From assembly GCA_951406725.2 (NCBI GenBank), contig OX597815.1, forward strand, positions 154,194,001 to 154,258,000: DNA of 64,000 bases, written 5' to 3'. A program made the position numbers and the translations under genes. Position 1 is the first letter of the stretch, and each line of letters begins with the position of its first letter. The notes beneath the pieces were generated by a model, which saw nothing but the letters and a program-made list of their open reading frames with translations, was not told the DNA's origin and searched no databases. Origin of the DNA: Octopus vulgaris. Taxonomy: Eukaryota. Positions 26,354-39,116 of this stretch are shown here, piece by piece.

Positions 26354-27673
26354 TATATATGTATATTTATATATGTGTGTGTATATAAAGATATTCATTT
26401 ATTTGTTTCAACCATGTGGCTACGGTAATACTGGGGTAACAGCGTGAGATCTACATATATAAACAAATATTAAGTCTTTTATTCTTTTAAACTTTTCAGC
26501 CAGAGGGTTGCGGGCATGCTGAGGCAGCGGCATTATCTTCGCTTCACTTTCATTATTTCAATCCTCCTCAAATATGAGGTTTTTGCGAAGGAAGATGTTT
26601 CATGTTGCTACCATCATCTGCGTTTCCTGCTGCGAGGTTTATATATATCACACACACACACACACATACACACATATATGTATGAATTTATATAATTATT
26701 TATATTGAGAGATTTCAAATTTAAATTATCCAGTGATCAGCATTAGAACTATTGGGTAATGCCTTATTTAGGAAGGGAACCCATGCGAAAATCTCGTGTT
26801 ATTGTCCGCCTATGATCTTTTAGGAATCTACGGTTAGGTGTTAAGCACAATATATATCAAAATCAAAAGAAAACAAAAAACTTTTGTATAAAGATGTAGT
26901 TACATAATCATGCGTACGTTTCATCAACTGAAAATGCATATTAGGAAAATAATGAATATTTTATACTCAAATTGCATCTTCAAACTGCAGTGATGCATGG
27001 CATTCGTTCGTAATATTTTTCTGGATTTGCAATGCGATAACACAAGCTGTCAATATATATTATATTGCTTTCCCATCAACCACCTTTAAATGTCCCTGTA
27101 ATACATGCAGTTATAAGTTTAATAGAAAAACTTTTATATAAGACTACCTCACTAAAAATATACATACACACACTCACACATATATCAACATGCACAGGTG
27201 CACACGCCCACGAGTACCCACACACAGATATACACACATACACACACTCACATGATCTCGAGTTTAACTACACTAGTTTTAAACTACAGTACAGTATCAT
27301 AATAGGTGTTCTTGCATATATACGAAACCAAAAAATAGTGCAAGTTCTATAGCATGGAAGCATTTTCATAAACGATCTCAAATAGTATATACACTCGCGC
27401 TCTCGCAGTACGCTGACACACACGGAGGGACACATACATATGTATATATTATTTCTCCTGTTCGAAAATATATTCAATACCATGCTAAAGAATAATCTTA
27501 TACTGAAACCCATTCAGTGGTCTCCTTATCTCGATAAGTTTAGACATAAGCGACACTGTGTGTGTGTTGGTGGAAATATCACTATATTTTACATATGGAA
27601 GTTCATATTTATTTCATTCTGCTTCTTGGTGTGCGTGTGTACATGTGTATGTAAGTGTGTATGTGTGAATATG

Positions 27674-27709
<36 letters not shown>

Positions 27710-27880
27710 CATATTCACACACCTCTTTCCTTGGATAATGGAACTGCAACTGTGATATCTTACATATATTTTAATTTTTATTCTCTTATACCCCTTTATA
27801 CTTCCTATATCCATCCTTTTCCAAAATAACTCTTTATATTGAACTCAGTAGTGTTTCCCTCTAGTTAATTCTCTTATATT

Positions 27881-27928
27881 GTCCCTGATGAAGGGATATC
27901 CCTAATATCCCAGAAACAGCGGTAAGAC
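27881..27928 (+). ncRNA. Minimal type I hammerhead ribozyme motif
   Basis: GTCC-CTGATGA-A-GGGATAT(CCCTA)ATATCCC-A-GAAAC-AGCG-GTA-AGAC. Confidence 0.65.
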
Positions 27929-28094
27929 TTTCTCTTTATAAATCTCCTATAAATTCCACACAACCTTGGCTGTGTTGCCTCATTTTATTTGACATATACA
28001 TGCTCACAGAAGATCCGTATTAGGCTCCTCACTCGAATTATTATCGAAACGAGAGTCTAACTACGGTCCTCCCGTAGCACTTACATAGCCTTAC

Positions 28095-28645
28095 CTGCCA
28101 TCTTCTGGATAGCAGTATGGCTCTCTCCCTCTGTCACACACACGCATATCTGTAGTACACGGAGTTATACAGTCACAGTTATATTTATATAGTGGATCCT
28201 GTGTGATTGAGGCTATTGTAGAGGAACCTAATGTTAGATCGACCACACCTATCTACATTACCATTCAAAGCATTATTTGGTATAATAGAAGAACAATTCG
28301 GGTATCGATTTAACAGCCACTTCTATTCTTTTACGAGCTTGAGTATGTGGAACAACGAAATTCTCTACTGACGACTGGAAGACTGTATAATGCATCACTG
28401 TACAGGCTTATCGTGCATATTGAGTTACATAGTTGCAGAGTATTCCGATGTTAGAGTTCGCGGTGCATTGACTTAGCGTTTACGATACATATGACTTGAT
28501 ATTTACTTTACCCGCTGTAGTCATTATCCTGTACATATATACAACTGAATCTACATGAGCAATTGGCTTCAGTCATTGTAGCAGGCTTGTGCGTTATAAT
28601 TTTTTTTACTTTAGTGGTATAGCTAAAATAGTTTCCTATATATAC
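28095..28645 (-). pseudogene. Cysteine-rich exon candidates or decayed coding sequence
   Basis: 28645-28512: cctttctag acceptor then VYIGNYFSY...MTEANCSCRFSCIYVQDNDYS. ~28250-28095: YNCDCITPCTTDMRVCDRGREPYCYPEDG with an AG|gtaagg donor. Stops lie in between. Confidence 0.35.
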
Positions 28646-28785
28646 CTAGAAAGGCTAGAAAGAGGTGTCACATGTATGGCAAAAGATAGTTAATTTTAAT
28701 GTTTCTTTTAATGTTTAGTGTATAGGAATTGTACTCTAAATCATATTACAGAAGCCTACACACGCAACTCAGCCAATATTACCTA

Positions 28786-30076
28786 CGAGGGGCGTTCAAT
28801 AAGTAATGCCTCTGACCCACTTGCAATTGTTTGATCTAGCTGATATTTTGCATGTGCAATTATTTATATCTCTATAGACTAAGTGGCAAATTACAGCTCT
28901 GAACTAATTGTGGTTTCTGATTTACAGGTGTTTGAACTGAGTCAAGTGTGAAATGGAGCCTGTTGAGTGTCGAACAGTGATTCGGTTTTTGTATTTGAAA
29001 GGACGCACACCACAGGAGACTTTTGATGAAATGAAAGTAACTTATGGTGATGATGCTCCATCATATGACCTTGTAAAACGCTGGCATCATGAATTCAAAC
29101 ATGGTCGGAACTCTGTGGAAACAGCTCCCAGATCTGGTCGCCCCTTCTGCCATTGATGAGGCATCTGTCCGTCAATTTGAGGCTGCCATTTTGGAAGATC
29201 GACGCATAACTATTCGCCAAATAACCCATGAGGTCAAGATTAGTACCGGGTCTGTGGAAACTATCATTCATGACCATTTGCATATGAAAAAGGTGTCTGC
29301 CAGATGGATTCCCAGGTTGCTCACACCTTTCCAGAAGCAAGAACGTGTCGATTGCTCGAGGATGAATTTGGAGATGTGCCAAGAAGATGAGTCAAAATTT
29401 TTCAAAAGACTGATTACACAGGATGAAACCTGGGTTCATCACTATGATCCAGAGTCCAAAGCCCAGTCAATGCAGTGGAAGCACCGTGACTCACCTCCTC
29501 CAAAGAAGGCAAGGGTGCAGTCCTCCGCTGACAAGGTCATGCTCACAGTCTTCTGGGACCAGGACGGAGTAGTGATGACAGATTTCCTGGCAAAGGGTGT
29601 CACAATTACAGGGGTCTATTATGCTTCACTTTTGAGGGAATTAAGAGAAGCTATCAAAATCAAGAGGCGGGGCAAGATCAGCAAAGGCATCCTCCTCTTG
29701 CAGGACAACGCTCCGGTCCACAACTCGTGTGTCGCCAGATCAGAAGCACAGGCGTGCGGCTATGAACTCATCCCCCATTCCCCCTACTCTCCTGACCTTG
29801 CGCCCTCTGATTTTCACCTCTTCCCAGCCATGAAGTTGTTTTTGAAAGGAAAGCGTTTCCCAGATGATGCAGCCTTGATTTCTGAAGTCACGTCGTGGTT
29901 GGAGGACCAAGCTGGGGTCTTCTACAAAAATGGTCTTCAGAGCTGCATCAAACGATGGAAGAAATGCGTAACTCTGGGTGGTTCCTATGTAGAAAAAGAC
30001 TAATAACTGTGCCAAGTTTCGTTGCTCTACTGCTATGGGGAGTGGGCCAGGGGCATTACTTATTGAACGCCCCTCG
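28786..30076 (+). mobile_element. Full-length mariner transposon, nearly intact
   Basis: TIRs CGAGGGGCGTTCAATAAGTAATGCC with a TA duplication on both sides; same family as 14447-15716. Confidence 0.97.
28953..30003 (+). pseudogene. Mariner DD34D transposase with one frameshift (~29141)
   Basis: HTH N-terminus (MEPVECRTVIRFL), WIPRLL, TQDETWVHHYDP, LQDNAPVH and YSPDLAPSDFHLF. The two ORFs join at a C-run. Confidence 0.9.
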
Positions 30077-31024
30077 TATCAACAAAATGCATACTAACAC
30101 ATTTGGACTAATAAATACACAATTGCATACACATAAATATATCTACTAGTATTATCAAATATGTGGTCGATCTAAATATAATGTAAATGCAATATCTTAT
30201 TTAGACTGATACGGAAGACCCGTTTGCTGTAGTTTTTCCAACGTGCTGCCTGTATCTAAGTACACGCCCCGCCCCACATACATGTATGTAGGTTTACCCA
30301 TTTAAAGGTAAATTAGATCATCAGAGATCATAGTTCCGGTTTGTGTAAATGAATTTGATACAAGTTCGAAATGTATATTATTATTTGAAAAGCAATAACT
30401 TATCATATAATATTTAATGGTGCCTAACTGCCTCAGGTAATCTTTATACATAATCCAACACTTTCAGTAATTTATCTATCATATAATCACTCCAAAGCGT
30501 TTTACGAGGGAAGCACGTTAATCTTTGCATAACCAAACAGGCATCTAAAAATAATTACTTAGAAAGTTTGCGCATATTCTCACAACCTCTTCATAAAATA
30601 ACACATCTTTAAATATTAAGATTGCGTTTTAAAAATAATACAAACATGTGAGTGGAGAACCCTCAAATATACCTCTTCCATCTTAATTGGAAAAGTGCAA
30701 AAACCTGTTTACGGACATATATAAAAAAAAAGCAAATTTTTCACTTCCCAATCTTTTCCATCGATATCATTCGTACGTTTGAATATTAACTCTCGTAGGA
30801 ATTTTTAAATATACACACAAACATACACCCGATTAACAAGTTAGATAAAAATATCAATTGAAATTTGAGTGTCAGCATAGTCTTAAATTAATGTGGAATG
30901 TGGGAAAATCTTCTAAGAACTAGATAGATCAAGTAAAAGAATTAAATACAAGCGAAAAAGGCAAAGGAAATAAAGGTTAAAAAAAAAATAAAGCGGGAGA
31001 GGAACAATAGAAGTAAGTATAGAT

Positions 31025-31268
31025 CAGTGGTTCTCAATCATTTTCTCCTATTGACCCCTTTGATCAGTATTTTGCTCAGATGGACACAGCCATTCCATGT
31101 TCAAAAAATTCTGTTATAGGCGCAGGCGTGGCTGTATGGAATGAAGCTTGCTTCCCAACCACATGTTTCCGGCTTCAGTACCACTACGTGTGACCATGGA
31201 CAAGTGCCTTCCACTTTAGTCTTGTGAGTGGATTTGGTAGACGGAAACTGAAAGAAGCTCTTCGTATG

Positions 31269-31329
<61 letters not shown>

Positions 31330-31683
31330 GTGTGTGCGTCCTTGTGTCTGTGTGCTCCCCTATCACCGCTTGAAACCGGTGTTGTGTTAACGTCTCTGTA
31401 ACTTAGCGATTCGGCAAAAGAAACCGATAGAGTAAGTGCGAGGCTTTAAAAAAATAAGTACTTGGGTCGATTCATTCGATTAAAAATTCAAGGCCGCAGT
31501 ATAATGACTGAAACAAGTTAAAGGTTAAAGGAAAAAGGTATAGCTATATAATGAAATATAATTAGGAACTGTATAGAGAAATTCTTAAAATATGTTGTGT
31601 ATTATACAAGCATGACCGATTTATTGCACATAAATCTTATGTGGACACCCAAGGGTCATATGGACCTCGGTTGGGAACCACAG
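31025..31683. mobile_element. hAT (Charlie-like) MITE interrupted by a SINE A
   Basis: TIRs CAGTGGTTCTCAA / TTGGGAACCACAG; perfect 8-bp TSD GTATAGAT (31017-31024 and 31684-31691). Confidence 0.85.
31119..31538 (+). mobile_element. Full SINE A (head, internal microsatellite, tail)
   Basis: GGCGCAGGCGTGGCTG head, (TA)n middle, GACTGAAACAAG tail. Confidence 0.8.
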
Positions 31684-31732
31684 GTATAGATAAAATGAGA
31701 AATCAGTTACAAATAAAATATAAAAAGTATTA

Positions 31733-32999
31733 TACTGGACAACAAAGGTTTTGCTACTGGGGTCAAATCAGGTGTTTTAGATTAAATCAAGGGTGCTGAT
31801 TCCAAATCCAATTTGTTTTAGCACGTCGGGAATTTTGAACTATGCGCATGCACAAAATTATAACTATAGTTTCGGTTAGATATAGGTCGTATTGTAAAAT
31901 TTGCTAAAATGAGAGCGGTCTTATTTCAAAATTAAAGAAATAACAGCAATAAAACAAACGATAAGAAAGTTCATTATTTAGTTTAGCAACACTGACGTAT
32001 GCAATGCCAAATACGTCAGTTTGTTCTTGGTAATTCTCAGTGTCGGTTGCGCTGCAGTCACGTGTGGATGTTTATCTCTCGCTCTGCGTGATTTCTGTTT
32101 AAACTGTGTTCATTGTGTTAGATCATGAATAGGTGAGGCTGCGTGACTCACCCAGACAACTTTTGTTATGTCTGTGGAAAATTTTCTCCGCGTGACCAGC
32201 GGAAGAACATTGCTACCAAATTAAAAATTGCCTATATATTATTATTTCGGGTGTGAATTTGGGGACCAAGATAAGTGACGCAGGCATTTTAATTGGACCC
32301 AAGATCAGTCAATTGATATCTCATAGGAAATTCAGAGATAAACTGAATTCAATTGAGCTGACGGCACAGGATTCATTAGTGTTAGTTGTACAGAACTTTC
32401 TTGGAAATCATAGAGTTGGAAACTATGCTGATTTAATAAGCAGCATGCTAACAGCGTATGAAAGGATGGGATGCCCAATGTCCCTGAAAATGCACTTCTT
32501 GCAATTTCATCTCGATTTTTTCCGACCATTCTTGGTGTCCTTAGTGATGAGCGTGATGAGATGCTCCACCAGGACATATCTGAGATGGAAACGAGGTATC
32601 GCAACCGGTTCAATCCACACATGATAGGTGACTACTGCTGGTTCCTACAACGGATGACCAACACAATGCATGAGCGCAAGAACAAGTGTCTCAAACATTT
32701 CTGAGCTGGGCATATCAAACATAGAGTGAGTATTCCCTTAACATAAATATATACCATTATATTATAATAATATTTGCCTTGAACGTATGTTTAATATATA
32801 CAGTACTAATACACCATTATGATAATTATTTTCGTTGCACTTAACTATTCATCATTCTAATATAGTATTACTATGTAATTACACACATAATTAAAAATCC
32901 TGACGTGCTACAGCAATTCTGAGTTGAGATTCGGAATCAGCGTATGAGATTTGGTTTAGTACGGCACCATTAGTCTGGGTAGCAGGACAAATGCCAGTG
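31733..32999 (+). mobile_element. Internally deleted Chapaev3-like (CMC) DNA transposon
   Basis: TACTG...CAGTG ends, TTA TSD and subterminal inverted repeats. HPDNFCYVCGK..GDQDK is fused to GILIGPKI..FLGNH..MSLKMHFL..HLDFF..SDE..HQDI..E.RY..MIGDYCW. Confidence 0.75.
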
Positions 33000-33191
33000 T
33001 TATAAGAAGAGTATATTGAACAAAATATTTCATATATATATATATATCTTACGCTAGACGTCGCCCACCTATGGTCTTACCACTAAGAAAGGAATGTTCT
33101 CAGGCTTTTAAATTGTTATTAATCAAATTAATATTCAATTTTCACGCTTATCATAAATATATATATATATGTGTATATACTTATATATATA

Positions 33192-33487
33192 TCACCATGA
33201 CCGACCAAGCTATCAGATGTTGCTACACATCGCTGGTCACAATGTGCTTCGCATTGTTTTAGCCTTTAAATGACGCCACCCCGCTGGCTAAGCGAGCAGG
33301 CCAACTGAAGAAAGAGTGAGAGAAAGTTGTGGCGAAAGAGTACAGCAGAGATCGCCAACATCCCCTGCCGGAGCTTCGTGGAGCTTTAGGTGTTTTCGCT
33401 CAATAAACACTCACAACGCCCAATCTGGGAATCGAAACTGCGATCCTACGACCGCGAGTTCGCTGCCCTAACCACTGGGGTATTGCT
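33192..33487 (-). mobile_element. tRNA-derived SINE (family D)
   Basis: CAGTGGTTAGGGCAGCGAACTCGCGGTCG..GTTTCGATTCCC head, shared with 47690-47918. Confidence 0.75.
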
Positions 33488-34039
33488 ATATATGTATATA
33501 TATAATAAAATATAAATAATTTTTATTATTCATAAACAAACCAGTAGATTTTGCTTATTTAAACTGCTTACCAGTTTTGACAAAGAACGGTATTAATAAT
33601 ATATTATTTATTATGTACATTGCAGTACTTTATATCTTGTAATCCATTCATTTAATTCTTCATATATTTTGCTTGTAACTGAGAAACAGCTTTAAATGTT
33701 ATATTCTCAGTACACCTAACATCCGTACTAACTTGTATGGATCCACATATCCCATTCTCACTCCCTTTCTTTTAGTTTCATCATATTACACTTATTTTTC
33801 TTTTATTTTCTTTAAATTTCTTCACTTCATTTATCATCCTTATTGTTTTTTGAAGATTTTTCCACATTCTTTGGAGATTTATGTCATTATTTGCAGACAT
33901 ACATGCTACAATTATTACTTTTTCTTTTTCACTTGGTGGTATAAAACGATTTATGTGTCTAGCCTCTCCACAAACGTAATGTAGTAAGACTACAATAATC
34001 TCATTTTTTGATCCTGTGTTAATATTATGGTCTTCCCAA

Positions 34040-34141
<102 letters not shown>

Positions 34142-34155
34142 GTCTATCTATCTAT

Positions 34156-34753
34156 CGGTCAAAGAGTGACAAAAGTCACAATAAAATATGTGCCTCCTGA
34201 AATAGAGAGATATTGGCTATTACCTGCCGTCTGTTTTGAAATAGAGGAGAGCAACATACTGGAAATTGCTGTTTTAGGACAGCAAATTTGGATTGGTAAA
34301 GCAATCGAAATTCTGTTACATATCGATCAGGAGTCCATAAACCTAATTCCAAATTCCATTGAACTAACAGACGGGCACAAACCATATATACTGGTAGAAG
34401 GCAAGCGACCACGTTGTTATCTGTGCAACAGCGAAACGCATTTAAAACCAAGTGTCCAACTTCCAAAAAACAACAAGAATAACAAGAACAACAACCATAA
34501 AAACAAGAAAAGACTAAAAAATAGCTCTACTATCCACAGCGCCATCAACCTAGAAAGGCTTACGACAAAAGAAACACACCAACCTAACACACCAACACCA
34601 ACAATTGAGAATACGACACCACCAGGAAAAACACCACCAACAACAGCAAGAACTAAAGAAACCGAAAAGCCAAGAGAAAATACAAAAACTGATTCCCCCT
34701 TTCCTATATCACATACACCACACACAAACAATCAACAACCAGCATCAACGTAA
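34156..34753 (+). mobile_element. LINE ORF1-like remnant with a zinc knuckle
   Basis: [11 protein letters not shown]...YILVEGKRPRCYLCNSETHL (CX2CX4H), followed by a low-complexity T/P/K region. Confidence 0.6.
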
Positions 34754-35319
34754 ATAACAGCACAACCACTTACACAAACATATATAGACGCTTACAATAT
34801 GCCCTTAACCCCTTCAGACTCCCCAGAAATTTCGTCGGAAGACGAAAGCATTGAGGAATGGCATATAGCCAGAAACGGAAGGAGGAAGATGAGTAAGAAG
34901 AGAACAAAACCAAAACGCAAACAAAGCAGGGAGGTACACTACTGCCGAAAACATTTCGAGCAATGGCTCAAACAACACCCCAAAAAAAGCACCACAAAAA
35001 CATATGCAGCAACGATTCTCACAGCCATAAACACGAGAAATACAGAGTTGATGGAATACATCAACACAAAAAACAAACTTAACACACGAAGACATAAAAA
35101 CAAGCAACTATCCATACACAACACCACCAGAATAGATTAAAATATTGCACATTACACCAACCCTGCACTACACACTAAAATCCATATAAGATGCGGTTGG
35201 AAAATGTCAGATGTACTCTTCTAAAAAAACTTTCTTGTGATCTCATCGAGGAAAACCGAAGGCGGAGACACAAACACTTTCGAACCGTGACTCTGTTCCT
35301 TTCGTTAGGATAGACATCG

Positions 35320-35642
35320 ATATTTGGAGGCTGGTTGTGTGAATGCGCGTGGCTTGGGTCCCATTGGAAACAAGGGTACCTCTTAAATGATTAGAAATTA
35401 TAGTCATAAGTGAGACCAGACTACATAATCCACGGGCCTAAAGTTCATGTTTGACGGACAGTTTGACATTTATTTTTCTCTCTGTCTACCGAGAATGGGT
35501 GATAGTAGCATGGCCGTACTTTTTCTAACAGTCTGGATCTCGAAGTAAAGACAATATTCGTAGACCCAGAGGGTAGACTGGTTGTCCTGGATGTCGACGG
35601 CAGAAATGGGTGTGCTTTTGGATTCATATCAGTCTACGCACC
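35320..35642 (+). mobile_element. Tx1/L1-type AP endonuclease fragment
   Basis: NARGLG, ISETRL and DPEGRLVVLDVDGRNGCAFGFISVYAP motifs. Confidence 0.75.
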
Positions 35643-35985
35643 GCCGAGAGCAACGCGACATTCGCGGTGCCATTCGCCCTTCCTCGGCCTCTTTTTGATC
35701 CACGACTGCAGTTCGGTCATGGAGACGAGCTGCGGAAAAGCGCGCCTTCCAAACGGCGACCATACCTGTTAACCGTCGTCTACGTAGAGCCGGAGATGTC
35801 GCAGTCTCAGCGCGTGTCTGCACATCGTCAACCACGGCATGTCCAGCCCTCCTTTTAGCGGGTGTTGGTAGCAAACAGATTGCCTGACCATCGGAACGCT
35901 TCCTTTCCAAAAGAGGTGGAAGAGGAAGCGTTCCAGTTTGGTGATGGTAGGGTCGGGACAAAGCACGACGGTCATATACATTTGC
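35643..35985 (-). mobile_element. Inverted Tx1/L1 ORF2 post-RT fragment, same family as 779-1910
   Basis: CPDPTITKLERFLFHLFWKGSVPMVRQS..GGLDMPWL..RHALRLRHL. Confidence 0.85.
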
Positions 35986-36872
35986 AATCTGTTGCATATA
36001 ATGTTTGGTCACATCGTACACTCGACAGTTAATTCAGTCATTATTAGATTCCTGCGGTTAATTATCGACGCAGGCTTCGAATCGAAGACACCTTGTTACG
36101 CTTGACACTAGTACATATTCACTGTTTGCACGAAGATTGTATTGATATGAGAATAAAATACGAGGTTGTTAAAACTTTATGGAGAAAAATGCAATATATA
36201 TATGTCTTCAAATTGTATTTTGGTTGAGGTCTTTGATTCTTGAAATGATGTAAAATATCTATCGGGGATATTAAAGGTATGGTTTTAGGAGGGGATGCTT
36301 TTGAAAACTTTACTCTTTTTGGTACACTTGTCAATGCTTCTGTTTACACATAGTAAAATTATTGCGTGTAGTGTGGATTATGTTTCATCGTTAAAGTGTT
36401 AACTATACAGTAGAAAAATATCATCCAAACAAGCACACTCATAGTTACTAGAATACATGCACACACACATATAGTTGATCAATTTACCAATTATGTGGTT
36501 GAGATAAATATGACACAATTATGATAAGAGTGTAGAAAATAGATTTATGCAAAGTAACTGAGAAGGATGTGTGAAGCCTTATCTTTAACATGAGACACAA
36601 AGGGCTCTGATCTAATCAGTGACTCTGTTTCTGTTTTCTATTGCAGTTTTGCGCTTATGTTTCAGACTGCCACACATACACGCATGCACGCATGAATACA
36701 TGCATACACACACGCATGCACACACATACAAAAAAACACACACACACTCACACACACACACACACATACATATGGACAAACGTATAGTGTTTTACTGGAT
36801 TTTATTGAAGAGCTGAAAAAAACAACGCTGAGCATTGTTTTGCGCCACCTTCAGAGATGTATATGCATACAT

Positions 36873-37001
<129 letters not shown>

Positions 37002-37084
37002 CATATGTGTATATCTATGTCTATATATATGTGTGTTTGTGTGTGTGCGCGTGTGTGATACACACTCACATATTCTTAGATTTC

Positions 37085-37138
<54 letters not shown>

Positions 37139-37782
37139 TGATATACGAATTTCTACAATATCAACTTCATAGGTTCTATAGCAGAATGCGTGATAAACTA
37201 TGTTCAATGGTAAATTAATTATTTTTCTTATTTGTTTATATCTCTAGAATTAAAGAGTTCGTGAGCAAAGTTATTTATTTCAAAGATTCAGTTCCACTTG
37301 TTTGCGTTGTGTCTTTCTCTTTATGAAAGAAAAACGTATCACAACAACATATGATAGACGTCTCAAAAAATATTCATCAGCTTACTGAATAGCTTCTGTG
37401 GGGTTTCGCAAATTTTTACAAAGAACGTCTGTTTAGCACCACTTTTAGGATAAGTAGTGATAGGTTCAATTGTCTGTAAACTTATTTGTTATGTGTAATG
37501 TGTGTTTGTGTATATTCATATTTATAAAGGTGCAAGGGTGGATGTGTGGTAAGAAGCTTTCTTCCCAATCAAATGGTTCAAAATTCAGTCTTACTACCTG
37601 GCACCTTAAGCAGGTGTTTTCTACTATAGCCTTGGTCAGACCAAAACATTATGAATGGATTTTGTAGACAGACTCTGAAAGAAGCCCGTCGTCTACCTAC
37701 CTACCTACCTACCTACCTACCTACCTACCTACCTACGAAACCTACCGACCTACCTACATACATACATGCATGCATACATACA

Positions 37783-37832
<50 letters not shown>

Positions 37833-37898
37833 GGTCCCGGGTTGAGTCGGGGTTAACCACAGTAAATAAGGTACTCAATACATTGCAGAGTAAAGTAA

Positions 37899-38027
37899 TT
37901 TATTTTATAGAAGGAGCTTCTACAGGACTAGAAATGTTTGATTCAGATGAAATCTTCAGGAGCTTCCTGAAGATTTCATATGAATGAAACAGTTCTAGCC
38001 CTGTAGAAGCTCCTTCTATAAAATAAA
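37899..38027. repeat. Palindrome of two back-to-back hammerhead arms
   Basis: TTTATTTTATAGAAGGAGCTTCTACAGG...CCTGTAGAAGCTCCTTCTATAAAATAAA, centre ~37963. Confidence 0.9.
37959..38013 (+). ncRNA. Type I hammerhead ribozyme with 8-bp stem I and 4-bp stem III
   Basis: GGAGCTTC-CTGAAGA-TTTC(ATAT)GAAT-GAA-ACAG(TTCTAGCC)CTGT-A-GAAGCTCC, GUA triplet. Confidence 0.75.
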
Positions 38028-38047
38028 AAAAATAAAAAAATATTTAT

Positions 38048-38201
38048 GGCTGTGTGGTAAGTAGCTTGTTTACCAACCACATGGTTCCGGGTTCAGTCCC
38101 ACTGCGTGGCACCTTGGGCAAGTGTCTTCTACTGTAGCCTCGGGCCGACCACAGCCTTGTGAGTGGATTTGGTAGACGGAAACTGAAAGAAGCCCGTCGT
38201 A

Positions 38202-38239
<38 letters not shown>

Positions 38240-38462
38240 TGTGTGTTTGTGTGTCTGTGTTTGTCCCCCTAGCATTGCTTGACAACCGATGCTGGTGTGT
38301 TTATGTACCCGTTACTTAGCGGTTCGGCAAAAGAGACCGATAGGATAAGTACTGGGCTTACGAAAGAATAAGTCCCGGGGTCGAGTTGCTCGATTAAAGG
38401 CGGTGCTCCAGCATGGCCGCAGTCAAATGACTGAAACAAGTACAAGAGTACAAGAGTACAAG
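38048..38462 (+). mobile_element. Near full-length SINE A with internal (TA)n
   Basis: tRNA head, CCTTGGGCAAGTGTCTT, and a tail ending in (TACAAGAG)n. Confidence 0.9.
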
Positions 38463-38932
38463 ATATATATATATATATATATATATATTCCGAATTTGTG
38501 TAAATGTGTATAGAATAACATATCAATTGAATTTAGTTACAACTTAGTCTGGTTTTGACGTTTTTTATTATTGCTTTTAAAAAGGGACTTTTACAATGTT
38601 GATGTGTTCTAAAAATTTAATAATGTTGTTGCGTGTTCATGAAGTTCAATTTGCGCTTTCATATGCTCGTAGTAATCATCAAATTTCAAAAGGTATTTAA
38701 CTGACAGCTGAGTTCTTGACAAATGCAGTAAAATGGCTACCTTCCTCCCTTTTATACCTTTTAGAAGACTCCAGCAAACCGCATTTTTCGAATACGGTTT
38801 TAACCAATCAACATGCAGTTTAAACGTCACGGTTTCCCTTATGAACCAATAATACTGGCATAGATCCAGGGCGTGTTACAATAAAAAAAAAACGTGAAAA
38901 CTACACCATGTTGTAACCTTATTCAACTAATA

Positions 38933-38992
<60 letters not shown>

Positions 38993-39116
38993 TACATATA
39001 ACTGATGAGCGAGTTATCTTCTTTTGCTATTTTGTCTTGTACTTATCACTCGTGTGTTAACGTATCGTTCACTCGTTGATGATATCCTGTACTTGATGTG
39101 TATTATATCCGCAAAA

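Noticed and set aside
29089-30003. Domesticated SETMAR-like host gene
   Set aside because: It is bounded by TIRs and TA TSDs, has no SET domain, and a second copy lies nearby.
38398-38450. SINE tail hairpin plus GAAACAAGTA as a hammerhead 3' half
   Set aside because: No CUGANGA-type core or stem I upstream; better explained as a LINE-derived 3' stem-loop.
38609-38870. ~88-codon minus-strand open frame (similarly 36119-36340)
   Set aside because: No convincing splice-site pair or recognisable motif, so left unannotated.
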